Shown here: piece after piece, positions 56,231-64,000 of the stretch
Position numbering within the stretch: the first letter of the stretch is position 1
Layout of the letters: each line of letters opens with the position of its first letter
Origin: Trueperaceae bacterium
Lineage (GTDB): Bacteria > Deinococcota > Deinococci > Deinococcales > Trueperaceae
Direction of reading: 5' to 3'
Assembly (NCBI GenBank): GCA_965215565.1
Contig: CBDCDZ010000004.1
Location: 3,584,001-3,648,000, forward strand
DNA length: 64,000 nucleotides
The notes under the pieces: model-generated
What the model saw: the letters and a program-made list of their open reading frames with translations, nothing else
The model's database searches: none
What the model was told of the DNA's origin: nothing
Made by a program: the position numbers and the translations under genes

Positions 56231-58047
56231 CACTTGATTTGGTTTTTGCCGCTCCGCTTAGCCTCGTACATCTTATCGTCTGCGAAGCTGAGCATCTTTT
56301 CGTAGTCGAGCACCTTGATGTCGTCGGTGAGCCCGATGCTCGTGGTCACGCTCAAGTTGGGGTGAACGCTCTGCCAAGGATAGTCCACGACGGCTCGCCA
56401 GATTCGTTCGCAGATAAGTTTGGCGTCGCTCGCCGAGGTTTCAGGGAAGTAACCGACGAACTCCTCGCCGCCGTAACGCGCAACCGTGTCGATTTCGCGA
56501 ACGCTATCGCGCAGAAGCCGCGCTACAACTCTCAGTACCTCGTCGCCTACGCGGTGTGAGAACCTGTCGTTGATTTTCTTGAAGTTATCGAGATCGCAAA
56601 TCATCACGCTGAGGTTGAGACCGAAGCGGCGCGTGCGGGCGAACTCCTGAGCGAGTTGGATGTCGAAGTGGCGGCGGTTGTAGAGACCCGTTAGGGCGTC
56701 TTCTCGCGCTTGGCGCTCGAGCTGCTTTAGGAGTTGCGACTTCTGGTGGTTGGCGCGTTGCAGTGACTCTGTTAGGGTTCTAAGTCCCTCGTTTGCCTGC
56801 GCCAACTCGACGTTTCTGAGCCGATAAATTTCAGTTTCTTTTTCGGCTTGCTCAATCTCAAACTGGACGCGCAGACCCTGAAGCCTGAGGTCCGAACTTT
56901 CGTTGAAAACTTTGTCTTTCACTTCAATGTACTGTTGCAGGTGCTCGAACGCTTCACGAAACGCTTCTTTGTACCAGTAAGCTTCAGAGAGCGTCTCATG
57001 AGTTTTATATATGTCGGCCTGGCTGCCTACTCGTTGCGCGTTTGTGAGCGCTTCACGTAGCGTTGTGATAGCTTCATCATAGCGCCTCTCTCGTAGACGT
57101 AGCTGCGCCAGAAAAACCTGGGTTTCTGCTTTATCCTTCAGATCGCCGACTTCTTCTTTAATGACTAAGCTCTGTTCAAAAGACGCTTCAGCCTCGCGAA
57201 ACTGATACAGCTCGAGCTGCGTCAAACCTAGGTGAGTAAGAACGTTGCTCACGCCGAGACGGTCTCCCATATCGTTCATGTGCTCTAGGCTTTTGCTACC
57301 ATAGCTGCGTGCCTGCTCATAACTGCCAAGCTTGAGATAGGTGCGCCCAGTGTGGAACAGGCTAAGAGCCTGTGTGTACCTCTCTTGCATCGCCTCACTA
57401 ATCTTCAGACTTTGCAGAAAGTACTCGAGTGCTTCGCTGTAGCGCCTACGTTCGTAGTAAACTGCGCCTACATTGATGAGCGCCTCAACCTCACCCCTGC
57501 GATTGTCAAGTGCTCTAAAAAAACGCAGACTTCGTAAATGATAATCTAAGGCGTTGGCATAATCACCGATAAACGCATAAATCGTACCTATATTATTGAG
57601 TGTACCTGCCTCGCCTTGCCTATCACCCAGTTCAGCGCAGAGCTTCTGCGCCTCTAAAAAGACTTTGAGCGCCCCCAAGAGGTCGCCCGAGTCGCCGTAG
57701 ATGATGCCTAAGGTATTGAGCGAGCGTTGCAACCCCTCTCTATCCCCAAGCTGCTCAAAAAAGGCTCGAGCCTCCGCCACATTTGCAAGCGCCTCGTCGA
57801 GTTCCGAGAGGCGCATCTGGCAGTAGCCTTTGGTGAGGAGACTGTGGGCGAGACCGTGCGTGTGCCGCAATTCCCTGGCTAGCGCGTGCGCCTCTTCGCT
57901 CAGCCCTAAGGCCCGCCTCGTGTCCACGCGCCGCAACTCCCAAGCGAGTTCACCGAGGAGGTCTAGGCGAGTCGCAGAGCTTTCCTCTGCGACTTGCGCT
58001 AGGCTGATCTCTAGGTTCTTGACGCGCTCGACTTGCTCGGCATTCAT
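56227..58047 (-). CDS. TPR-repeat diguanylate cyclase
   Basis: Multiple TPRs (LNTLG, LNNIG, LINVG), coiled coil, DALTGLYNRR, ARYGGEEF; ATG 58047 with GAGGGG RBS. Confidence 0.94.
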   Translation of the reverse strand: MNAEQVERVKNLEISLAQVAEESSATRLDLLGELAWELRRVDTRRALGLSEEAHALARELRHTHGLAHSLLTKGYCQMRLSELDEALANVAEARAFFEQLGDREGLQRSLNTLGIIYGDSGDLLGALKVFLEAQKLCAELGDRQGEAGTLNNIGTIYAFIGDYANALDYHLRSLRFFRALDNRRGEVEALINVGAVYYERRRYSEALEYFLQSLKISEAMQERYTQALSLFHTGRTYLKLGSYEQARSYGSKSLEHMNDMGDRLGVSNVLTHLGLTQLELYQFREAEASFEQSLVIKEEVGDLKDKAETQVFLAQLRLRERRYDEAITTLREALTNAQRVGSQADIYKTHETLSEAYWYKEAFREAFEHLQQYIEVKDKVFNESSDLRLQGLRVQFEIEQAEKETEIYRLRNVELAQANEGLRTLTESLQRANHQKSQLLKQLERQAREDALTGLYNRRHFDIQLAQEFARTRRFGLNLSVMICDLDNFKKINDRFSHRVGDEVLRVVARLLRDSVREIDTVARYGGEEFVGYFPETSASDAKLICERIWRAVVDYPWQSVHPNLSVTTSIGLTDDIKVLDYEKMLSFADDKMYEAKRSGKNQIKC

Positions 58048-58321
58048 GTGGTATTCATTGCCCCTCACTCCACAGTGTATCTCGCTTTGCGCAAGAATGA
58101 AAGCTCGAAAACTCGGGTGCTGCGCAAGGTCCAACATCGGATCAGAAAGAAGAGGTGAGTAGGCTCGTCCGACGTTTAAGGCAAAGCTCCGCTGCCCCCC
58201 TTACTCCCTTACTTAACGTTCTAGCTCGAGATGTTCCTTCCAACAGCCTCAATGGGTCTACACCGGTTTACGATGTACCTGACCGCTTGACAGAGACACA
58301 CATCGTTATCTATACTGAGCT

Positions 58322-58340
58322 TACCTTAATAAATAAGGTA
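58322..58340. promoter_or_regulatory. Palindrome upstream of the LexA-like gene (candidate operator)
   Basis: tacctta-ataaa-taaggta. Confidence 0.45.
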
Positions 58341-58379
58341 GTCAATGATGAGACCAAAGAGGGAGAGTAGAAACGAGCT

Positions 58380-58994
58380 ATGACCCAGTTACCCAAGATG
58401 CAGCGCAAGGTCTACGAGCGAATCTGCGAGCACAAGTCGCGAACAGGCACGTGCCCTGAACTCGCCGTTTTCGCGCGTGAGCTTAACATCCACTACGTGT
58501 CGCTCAAGCAGCATCTCGAGGCGCTCCACAAAAAGGGTTATCTGGTCTTCGAAAGCCGGGGTAGAGGGCAGTCGCCGAGGCTCGAGCTGCCTGCCAGAGC
58601 CACGGGCGTGCCCGTCTTAGGTAGCATCCCTGCAGGTCCTTTGAGCGAGGCGTTAGCCGAGCCTGAGGGTTACTTGCCGCTCCACGACGGACAGAGTAAC
58701 TTCGCCCTGCGCGTTTCGGGCGACTCGATGGCTGACCTTATTCAAGACGGTGACGTGGTGGTCTTCAAGAAAGGCGTGCCTATGCGCAGCGGCGAAATCT
58801 GCGCGGTGCGCGTCGGCAACAGCGAGGTTACGCTAAAGTACCTCGACAAGCTCGACCCTAAAACTGTGGCGCTGAGACCTCACAATCCGCGGTACCCGAC
58901 GCTTTCGGTGGACGCGCGAGAGGTGCATATCGAAGGGATTTACTTGGGTCTTGTGCGCGGTGAACTGCTCAGTTCGCTCTATGAGGAGGTGTGA
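58380..58994 (+). CDS. LexA-family repressor (S24 peptidase)
   Basis: N-terminal wHTH (HLEALHKKGYL), IPAG cleavage site, VSGDSM Ser, TLKY Lys. Confidence 0.9.
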   Translation: MTQLPKMQRKVYERICEHKSRTGTCPELAVFARELNIHYVSLKQHLEALHKKGYLVFESRGRGQSPRLELPARATGVPVLGSIPAGPLSEALAEPEGYLPLHDGQSNFALRVSGDSMADLIQDGDVVVFKKGVPMRSGEICAVRVGNSEVTLKYLDKLDPKTVALRPHNPRYPTLSVDAREVHIEGIYLGLVRGELLSSLYEEV

Positions 58995-59099
58995 ATTGGC
59001 GTAAAACCGTTTTGAAGAGCGCAGATATCCTCACCGAATGAACGAGCCAACGCAACACTTCACTGAGTGAGATCGTCGGTAATCAGATAATACCCGCTG
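58990..59099 (+). mobile_element. MITE-like element family 1, degenerate copy H
   Basis: gcgcagatatcc...gtgagat...atcagataatacccgctg. Confidence 0.5.
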
Positions 59100-59246
59100 C
59101 GTATGTAGAGATTCCTCTCAAAAGCGGATTTCCAAAGCTCAAGCCCGCGCCCCATCCGCCAAGAGTTGCGCGAGCCCACGCCTTGTCAATCTAGCTCACA
59201 CCCGTTGTCACGAGTTGTTGTAACGGGACTAAAGGAGAACTAGCTC

Positions 59247-59618
59247 ATGAACTATCCTGCACGTATCTTTAGGGATTTGTCAAGTGTTTGGCAAAGGGAC
59301 GCCGCAAGTGGGCGCGTCGACAGCTTAGCCGCTGAACTCACCGCTTGCGTCGCCGCGCAAGGCGCGCTCTGCTTAGGTGTCATCCGCGCCGAGGCGGTAC
59401 CCAAATATTACGGTCTCGTTTACCTCTTAGACAGCTACGGCATCTTGCTGCGCAAGCGTCATAGAAAAGAGGGGGGCGTGCTCGTCTTCGCTGAGGTCAA
59501 GCAAGAGGTAGCGTCCGAATTTGCAGGCGCGGTGGTCTTCGAGCGCACCTTAGCACCCTCTGAAGCTGCCGTAACGCTCAGCCAGAGCACCGAGAGAGAA
59601 TTCGCGCAGGCCGCGTAG
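59247..59618 (+). CDS. Hypothetical protein
   Basis: AAGGAG RBS; first gene of the downstream operon; ends AQAA. Confidence 0.7.
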   Translation: MNYPARIFRDLSSVWQRDAASGRVDSLAAELTACVAAQGALCLGVIRAEAVPKYYGLVYLLDSYGILLRKRHRKEGGVLVFAEVKQEVASEFAGAVVFERTLAPSEAAVTLSQSTEREFAQAA

Positions 59619-59629
59619 GGAGGGTTGAG

Positions 59630-60310
59630 ATGAATATGAGCACAGACTTGACCTGGGAAACATTGTTAGAAAAACTTGCGCAACCCTTCCCGGCGTCTTC
59701 CATCTACTGGCGGGCGGGCGTCGTGAGCCGTGACAAAAAGCGGGCGCAAGCGCTGCCTTACGCCGAGCCGCGCGTGTACGAAGACCGCCTCAACAGCGTC
59801 TGTCCCGGTCTCTGGAGCGTGTCGTTTCGTCCCTGGGGGGAGTCGCGCATCATCTGTGACCTTTCTATTGGCGAGCTGACGCGCGCGTCAACAGGTGAAG
59901 AAAACGAGGGTTTCGCGCCCGGCACAGCGGCGGAGGCGCAGGCGTTCAAGCGGGCCTGCGTGAAGTTCGGTCTAGGGCGCTACCTCTACGACGTGCCGAT
60001 CATCTGGGTGCCTTACGACGAGAAGGCGCGCAAACTCTCCGAAACGCCGTCGCTACCCGAAAAGTTTTTGCCCCGGAGCAAACAGAGCGCGCCGCACACC
60101 CTCTCCGAAGGACGCGCCGTCGCCATGCGCCGCGAACTGGAGAAGCTAGGGCTGAAGGAGCGCGAGCAGTACCGGCTCGCCGCCGACGTGCTCGGTCATG
60201 ATATAGCGGCGTTCACCGCGCTCACCGAAGCCGAGGCGCTAGAGGTCTGGAACGTCGCCAAGCGTGCGCACGTGGCGCGAAACGGTATGTCGGCGCAGCG
60301 AGCGGCGTGA
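59630..60310 (+). CDS. Rad52/Rad22-family single-strand annealing protein (DdrA-like)
   Basis: LAQPFP...W, DRLNSVCP..W, AFKRACVKFGLGRYLY. Confidence 0.88.
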   Translation: MNMSTDLTWETLLEKLAQPFPASSIYWRAGVVSRDKKRAQALPYAEPRVYEDRLNSVCPGLWSVSFRPWGESRIICDLSIGELTRASTGEENEGFAPGTAAEAQAFKRACVKFGLGRYLYDVPIIWVPYDEKARKLSETPSLPEKFLPRSKQSAPHTLSEGRAVAMRRELEKLGLKEREQYRLAADVLGHDIAAFTALTEAEALEVWNVAKRAHVARNGMSAQRAA

Positions 60311-60477
60311 CGGGCACCCTTACGGCTGAACCTCACGAGCGCGAATACCTCTACCGGTGCCCCAAGTGCAAACGGCGCGTAACGGTGCTACTCGAGAACG
60401 TCGCCGTGAGTTGTAGCCGCTGCGGTCGGGTGATGAAGTGCGTCGACACTCGAGCTGAGCGGAGACATATAGCTTAG
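60307..60477 (+). CDS. 56-aa zinc-ribbon protein (absent from the ORF track)
   Basis: GTGA overlap with the upstream stop; YRCPKC...CSRCGRVM. Confidence 0.7.
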   Translation: MTGTLTAEPHEREYLYRCPKCKRRVTVLLENVAVSCSRCGRVMKCVDTRAERRHIA

Positions 60478-60621
60478 CTACTGACCAGGAAGAAGCGTAT
60501 CAGCTACAAGGCTAATGGGTGGATAGAGGAGAGGCTCGAGCGGCGCACCGTTAAAGCTCGAGCCTCTTTCAACCGACACCCTGTAAAGACGGAGTTAAAC
60601 AACATTAATGGGAAGGACGGC

Positions 60622-60885
60622 GTGAATACCGGACTTATTCTTATAACCTGCCCGCACTGTGACGGCGAAGGGGGCGAGGAGTACGCGGCGGGTCCAGGCT
60701 ACCGGGCGCATCATTCTGGCGGCTATCTCCCCTTCGAACACACCCATTTGTGCGAGGTGTGCGAGGGCGCGGGCGAAGTAGAGGCGTGCGCCTACTGTTT
60801 GGAACCTTTAGAGGTCTTGCGCGGCGAAGAGGTATGCGGCTGCGCCGCGCTGAGCGTAGCGGCGGACGTGCGGCGAGCTGCGTAG
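60622..60885 (+). CDS. Cys-rich zinc-finger protein
   Basis: CPHCDGEG, CEVCEGAG (DnaJ-type CxxCxGxG), CAYC, CGC; AAGGA RBS. Confidence 0.75.
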   Translation: MNTGLILITCPHCDGEGGEEYAAGPGYRAHHSGGYLPFEHTHLCEVCEGAGEVEACAYCLEPLEVLRGEEVCGCAALSVAADVRRAA

Positions 60886-60890
60886 AAGCA

Positions 60891-61745
60891 TTAGGGCGCG
60901 CGCTGCTTGAGCTGGTCTGAGACGTCTTGGGCTAGCTCGCGCCCTAGCTCTGCCGCCTCGCTCGCCTCGCCTGCAATCTCTGCCTGAATGACGAGGTCGC
61001 CCGTCATATCGGTCACTGCGCCGAAGAGGTTTAGATCGCCCTCCGGGGTGACGCTGGCGAGGGCACCTAGCGCGTAGGACGAGGCGCTCTCCAGTGCTCC
61101 GACAAAGCTCCGCTCGGCGCGGACGCGGTCGAAGCTGGGGCGGTGCTGGAGGGTGTAGGCGAGGTCGACTGCAAGGTCATCGTCCTCTTTGACCACCAAA
61201 CCGAGCGAACCCTGCCCGGCGGCTGGCGCGAAGATGGCGGGCTCTAAGAGCGCGTTGATGCGTTCTCTGCGCTCGAGTTGCAGCAGATTTGCGCTCGCCA
61301 TGACGAGCGCGTCTACCTCGCCTGTGGCGAGCAGCGACAACGTCGTGTCGACGTCGCCGGAGACTATCTTGACCTCGATATCTTTACGGTTAGCGAGTAA
61401 AAAGGCGCGGTCACGCGGGGCGTGAACGCCCACCACGCTACCCGCTGCTAGCGACGCTAAATCCCTGCCTACCCGGTTGACTAAGGCGGCGCGGGGCTCG
61501 AGCCTCTTCGTCACGGCGGCGAGCATGAGACCGCCCGGCAGAGTTGGCGGCAGTCCTTCCAAACTTTGCAAGGCGATGTTGATGCGTCCGGCTGAAAGCG
61601 CGTTTAGAAGGTCATTCACGCCGCCCTGTACGGTCTTTTGGATGATGTTGACGTCAGGCCAGCCCTCGCTCAGCTCGGCGAGGACCCCCCGCGCTTGCGG
61701 CAGCGCTAAGATGCCACCCCGGTTGCCCAGAACGATTCTAGGCAT
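60891..61745 (-). CDS. Divergent HemC paralogue lacking catalytic residues
   Basis: Colinear with hemC (PAAGQG.L, AER) but QSLEGLP replaces HSHKDLP and there is no GGC Cys. Confidence 0.8.
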   Translation of the reverse strand: MPRIVLGNRGGILALPQARGVLAELSEGWPDVNIIQKTVQGGVNDLLNALSAGRINIALQSLEGLPPTLPGGLMLAAVTKRLEPRAALVNRVGRDLASLAAGSVVGVHAPRDRAFLLANRKDIEVKIVSGDVDTTLSLLATGEVDALVMASANLLQLERRERINALLEPAIFAPAAGQGSLGLVVKEDDDLAVDLAYTLQHRPSFDRVRAERSFVGALESASSYALGALASVTPEGDLNLFGAVTDMTGDLVIQAEIAGEASEAAELGRELAQDVSDQLKQRAP

Positions 61746-62001
61746 GGGGTGTCGAGGTTTTGTAGTGTTGTGACTGGTGAGGCGCTCTGTCAGATACATG
61801 AGTAAACGTATAGCTAAACACACAGCATTTTACAGCAAATGCGCGGCAGGCGCTACAGACCGTCACTTCGCGAGATGTCCCTCAAAGCCTTGTGATAACG
61901 TTTCCGGTTAATTCCTTTAGGAATTAACCCGAGTAAAGAGTTTTCAACCGATGGTAACATCAACGAATAGCCAGTACGAGCCGTTTACAATGGCATGATA
62001 C

Positions 62002-62080
62002 GCAGTCGCGTGGACCCTAGAACGGGCAAAGCCCGCCCCGTTGGGGCTAGTTCGCTCCCGCTAGCGGTTGAGGACTCTCT
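62002..62080 (+). repeat. Dispersed repeat family 2 copy with internal hairpin insert
   Basis: gcagtcgcgtgg-[insert]-cgctcccgctag. Confidence 0.55.
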
Positions 62081-62169
62081 AACGAGTTAAAAAAACTACG
62101 GATTCCGATGATTACGGAAGAAACGAAGGAGTTCAGGTAGTAATTAATCGGAATCCGTATGACCTCTTG

Positions 62170-63213
62170 CTAACCCGTGAAATAGAGCAGCGCGAATGAG
62201 CCGAAGTAGAGCGCTAGCGTTAGGAAACTCTCGAACCCGATGTTGCCGATGCCCTGTTTTTCGCGCCGCAAAAGCCCTAAAAGCAGAATGCCCGTCATCA
62301 GGATGGTCAGCGCGATGATAAAAACTTGCTGGTTGGTGATGGCGTGGTAGATGGACCCGTCTCTGTAGGCGAAGTCCGAGAAGGCGACGAAGAGCGTGTC
62401 GAAGGCGTTGCCGCCGATGACGCCGCCCACCGCCAAGGTCAGCGCGCCGCGCCGCACGGCGGCGATGGTGGTGACAAGCTCGGGCAGCGAGGTGGCGATG
62501 GCGGTGAGCAGCCCGCCGACGATGGTCGCGGAGATGCCGGTTTGCTCTGCGATCTGCACCCCCGTTCTGGCGACGACGAAGCCCGCGACGCCTAAGAGGA
62601 GTGACAGCGCGAAGAAGCTCATCCACAGGCGCGTGAGGCTGGTCTGCTTGGCCTCCTCTTCCGACTCGTCAGGGTCGTCCTCTTTCGTTTCAGGGGTGCG
62701 GTAGGGGTCCCACATCGGGTCCTCTTCCGCCTGAGCGATAAGATAGATGCCGAACCCGTAGGCGAGAATCAAAATAATCGAAGCGGGGTGAATACCGAAG
62801 TAGCTCACATCAGGACCGGCGAGCGCCATGATGGGAATCGCGAGCAGCGTGGCAAGAAGCGTGCCTTGCATCAAGTTGGCGATCGAAGCGGCGGCGTGCT
62901 CCAAGTTGATGTTGCGGTAGCTCATATCCGCCACCGCCAGAAAGACCGTTTGCGCCGCGACGCCGCCAAGCGCGTTGCTGATGGCGAGTTCTGCCGCGCC
63001 GCCCGCCGCCGCCGTCACCGAGGTGACGATGCCCGAGAGCGAGGTAGCCGCGCCCAGCATGACCGCGCCGACGATCGCTTCGCCGAGCCCCGTTTTATCC
63101 GCTAAGAGGTCGGCAACTTTGGTGAGGCGCGTGCCGACGAGCGCGATGACAACGGCTGCTGCGGTGAAGAGGATGAAGATGATGGGTAGGGAAAACGCAG
63201 AGAAATCGACCAT
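62170..63213 (-). CDS. Sodium:calcium antiporter (CaCA family)
   Basis: Two alpha repeats: GAATSLSG..SNALG and AIATSLPE..GGNAF. Confidence 0.92.
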   Translation of the reverse strand: MVDFSAFSLPIIFILFTAAAVVIALVGTRLTKVADLLADKTGLGEAIVGAVMLGAATSLSGIVTSVTAAAGGAAELAISNALGGVAAQTVFLAVADMSYRNINLEHAAASIANLMQGTLLATLLAIPIMALAGPDVSYFGIHPASIILILAYGFGIYLIAQAEEDPMWDPYRTPETKEDDPDESEEEAKQTSLTRLWMSFFALSLLLGVAGFVVARTGVQIAEQTGISATIVGGLLTAIATSLPELVTTIAAVRRGALTLAVGGVIGGNAFDTLFVAFSDFAYRDGSIYHAITNQQVFIIALTILMTGILLLGLLRREKQGIGNIGFESFLTLALYFGSFALLYFTG

Positions 63214-63225
63214 GAGTAGCTTAGT

Positions 63226-64000
63226 TTACCTTTTTGTAGTGGCTACCTCTGCGCCACTCGTACCTTTGTCGCTGGCTTCGTCAACTCGCTCAGATTTGTC
63301 CGCGCGCTGCCGCCGCCGGAAGAGGTCCCACACGCAGAGAACGAGCGCGAGCGCGATCATCACCTGGATGAAGGTGAACATGTCGTGCAAGCCGCCGATT
63401 TGCGCCTCCACGGGTGCGTTTGTCGCGTCGCCCCCTACTTGACTCGGCGCGCGCGCCGCCACACGCGCCGCCCACAGCGTTCCCAAAATGGCGATGCCGC
63501 TAGTTTGTCCGAGCGCCCGCGTTTCCGATAAGAGCCCGCCCGCCACGCCGGACTTCTCCCTCGGCACCGAGCCCATAATAGCGCTGTTGTTCGGCGACTG
63601 GAACACGCCCATGCCCAAGCCGACTGGCAAAAAGAGCAGCACGTAGCTGAGCGCGGTGGTGTTCGCGTCGAGCGTGCCGATAGCGAGGTAACCCGCCAAG
63701 ACGAGCACCAGCCCGATAACCGTGATAGGTCTCGCGCCGAACCTGTCCGACAAGCTGCCCGCGACGGGTGCGATAAAAACCAGCACGATGGGCACGATAG
63801 CCATGAGTAAGCCGACGTTGCGCGGCGCGTAGCCGAGGATGTTCTCCAGATAAAAGGGCATCAGAAAGATCGTTCCTGCAATAGCGACAAACGTCGCAAA
63901 ACCCGTGACTAAGCCGATGCTCAGGTCCGCATTCTTGAAGAGGCGCAAGTCAATAACGGGGTCTTCGACGCGCAGCTCGAGCCACACGAAAACGGTGAGC
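63226..64000 (-). CDS. MFS transporter (DHA2-like), 3' part; start lies outside the window
   Basis: P.IDLRLF, MPFYLE, GSLSDRFG.R, FQSPNNSAIM. Confidence 0.92.
   Translation of the reverse strand, partial: LTVFVWLELRVEDPVIDLRLFKNADLSIGLVTGFATFVAIAGTIFLMPFYLENILGYAPRNVGLLMAIVPIVLVFIAPVAGSLSDRFGARPITVIGLVLVLAGYLAIGTLDANTTALSYVLLFLPVGLGMGVFQSPNNSAIMGSVPREKSGVAGGLLSETRALGQTSGIAILGTLWAARVAARAPSQVGGDATNAPVEAQIGGLHDMFTFIQVMIALALVLCVWDLFRRRQRADKSERVDEASDKGTSGAEVATTKR

Noticed and set aside
59100..59630. RDRM (DdrO box) upstream of the DdrA-like operon
   Set aside because: No convincing match to the 17-bp palindrome by eye.
58380..60885. Intact prophage
   Set aside because: No integrase, terminase, structural or lysis genes, and no att sites seen.

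Overview
A 64-kb bacterial chromosome segment, most consistent with Deinococcota (Truepera-like). This is inferred from the Hera-type DEAD-box helicase, long RecJ, DdrA/Rad52-like annealase and frequent leaderless starts; no database search was run. It opens with the 5' third of a minus-strand 16S rRNA gene with a duplicated promoter/leader. Housekeeping genes include nif3, tmk, mutS/mutL, deoC, recJ, mnmA, rpsA, leuS, hemA-C-D-B, rph and rdgB. Main accessory or unexplained elements: (1) an AT-richer island between mnmA and rpsA with HigBA and a co-oriented HerA-like ATPase / wHTH protein / wHTH-TIR-like protein / RelE-like toxin cluster (candidate defence system); (2) a Leu-rich leader-peptide attenuator upstream of leuS, followed by an AraC-B3/4-LysE module; (3) a lipoprotein subtilase with KNAWSGG repeats convergent with a TPR diguanylate cyclase; (4) a LexA / Rad52-like / zinc-finger module whose products mostly end in -AA; (5) a RAYT transposase wedged between mutS and mutL; (6) at least eight copies of a TAGCAG...CTGCTA MITE-like element plus other repeat families; (7) a HEPN-like gene broken by a 52-bp duplication, a catalytically eroded second HemC, and strong CTCGAG enrichment. 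No CRISPR array, tRNA or integrase was seen.
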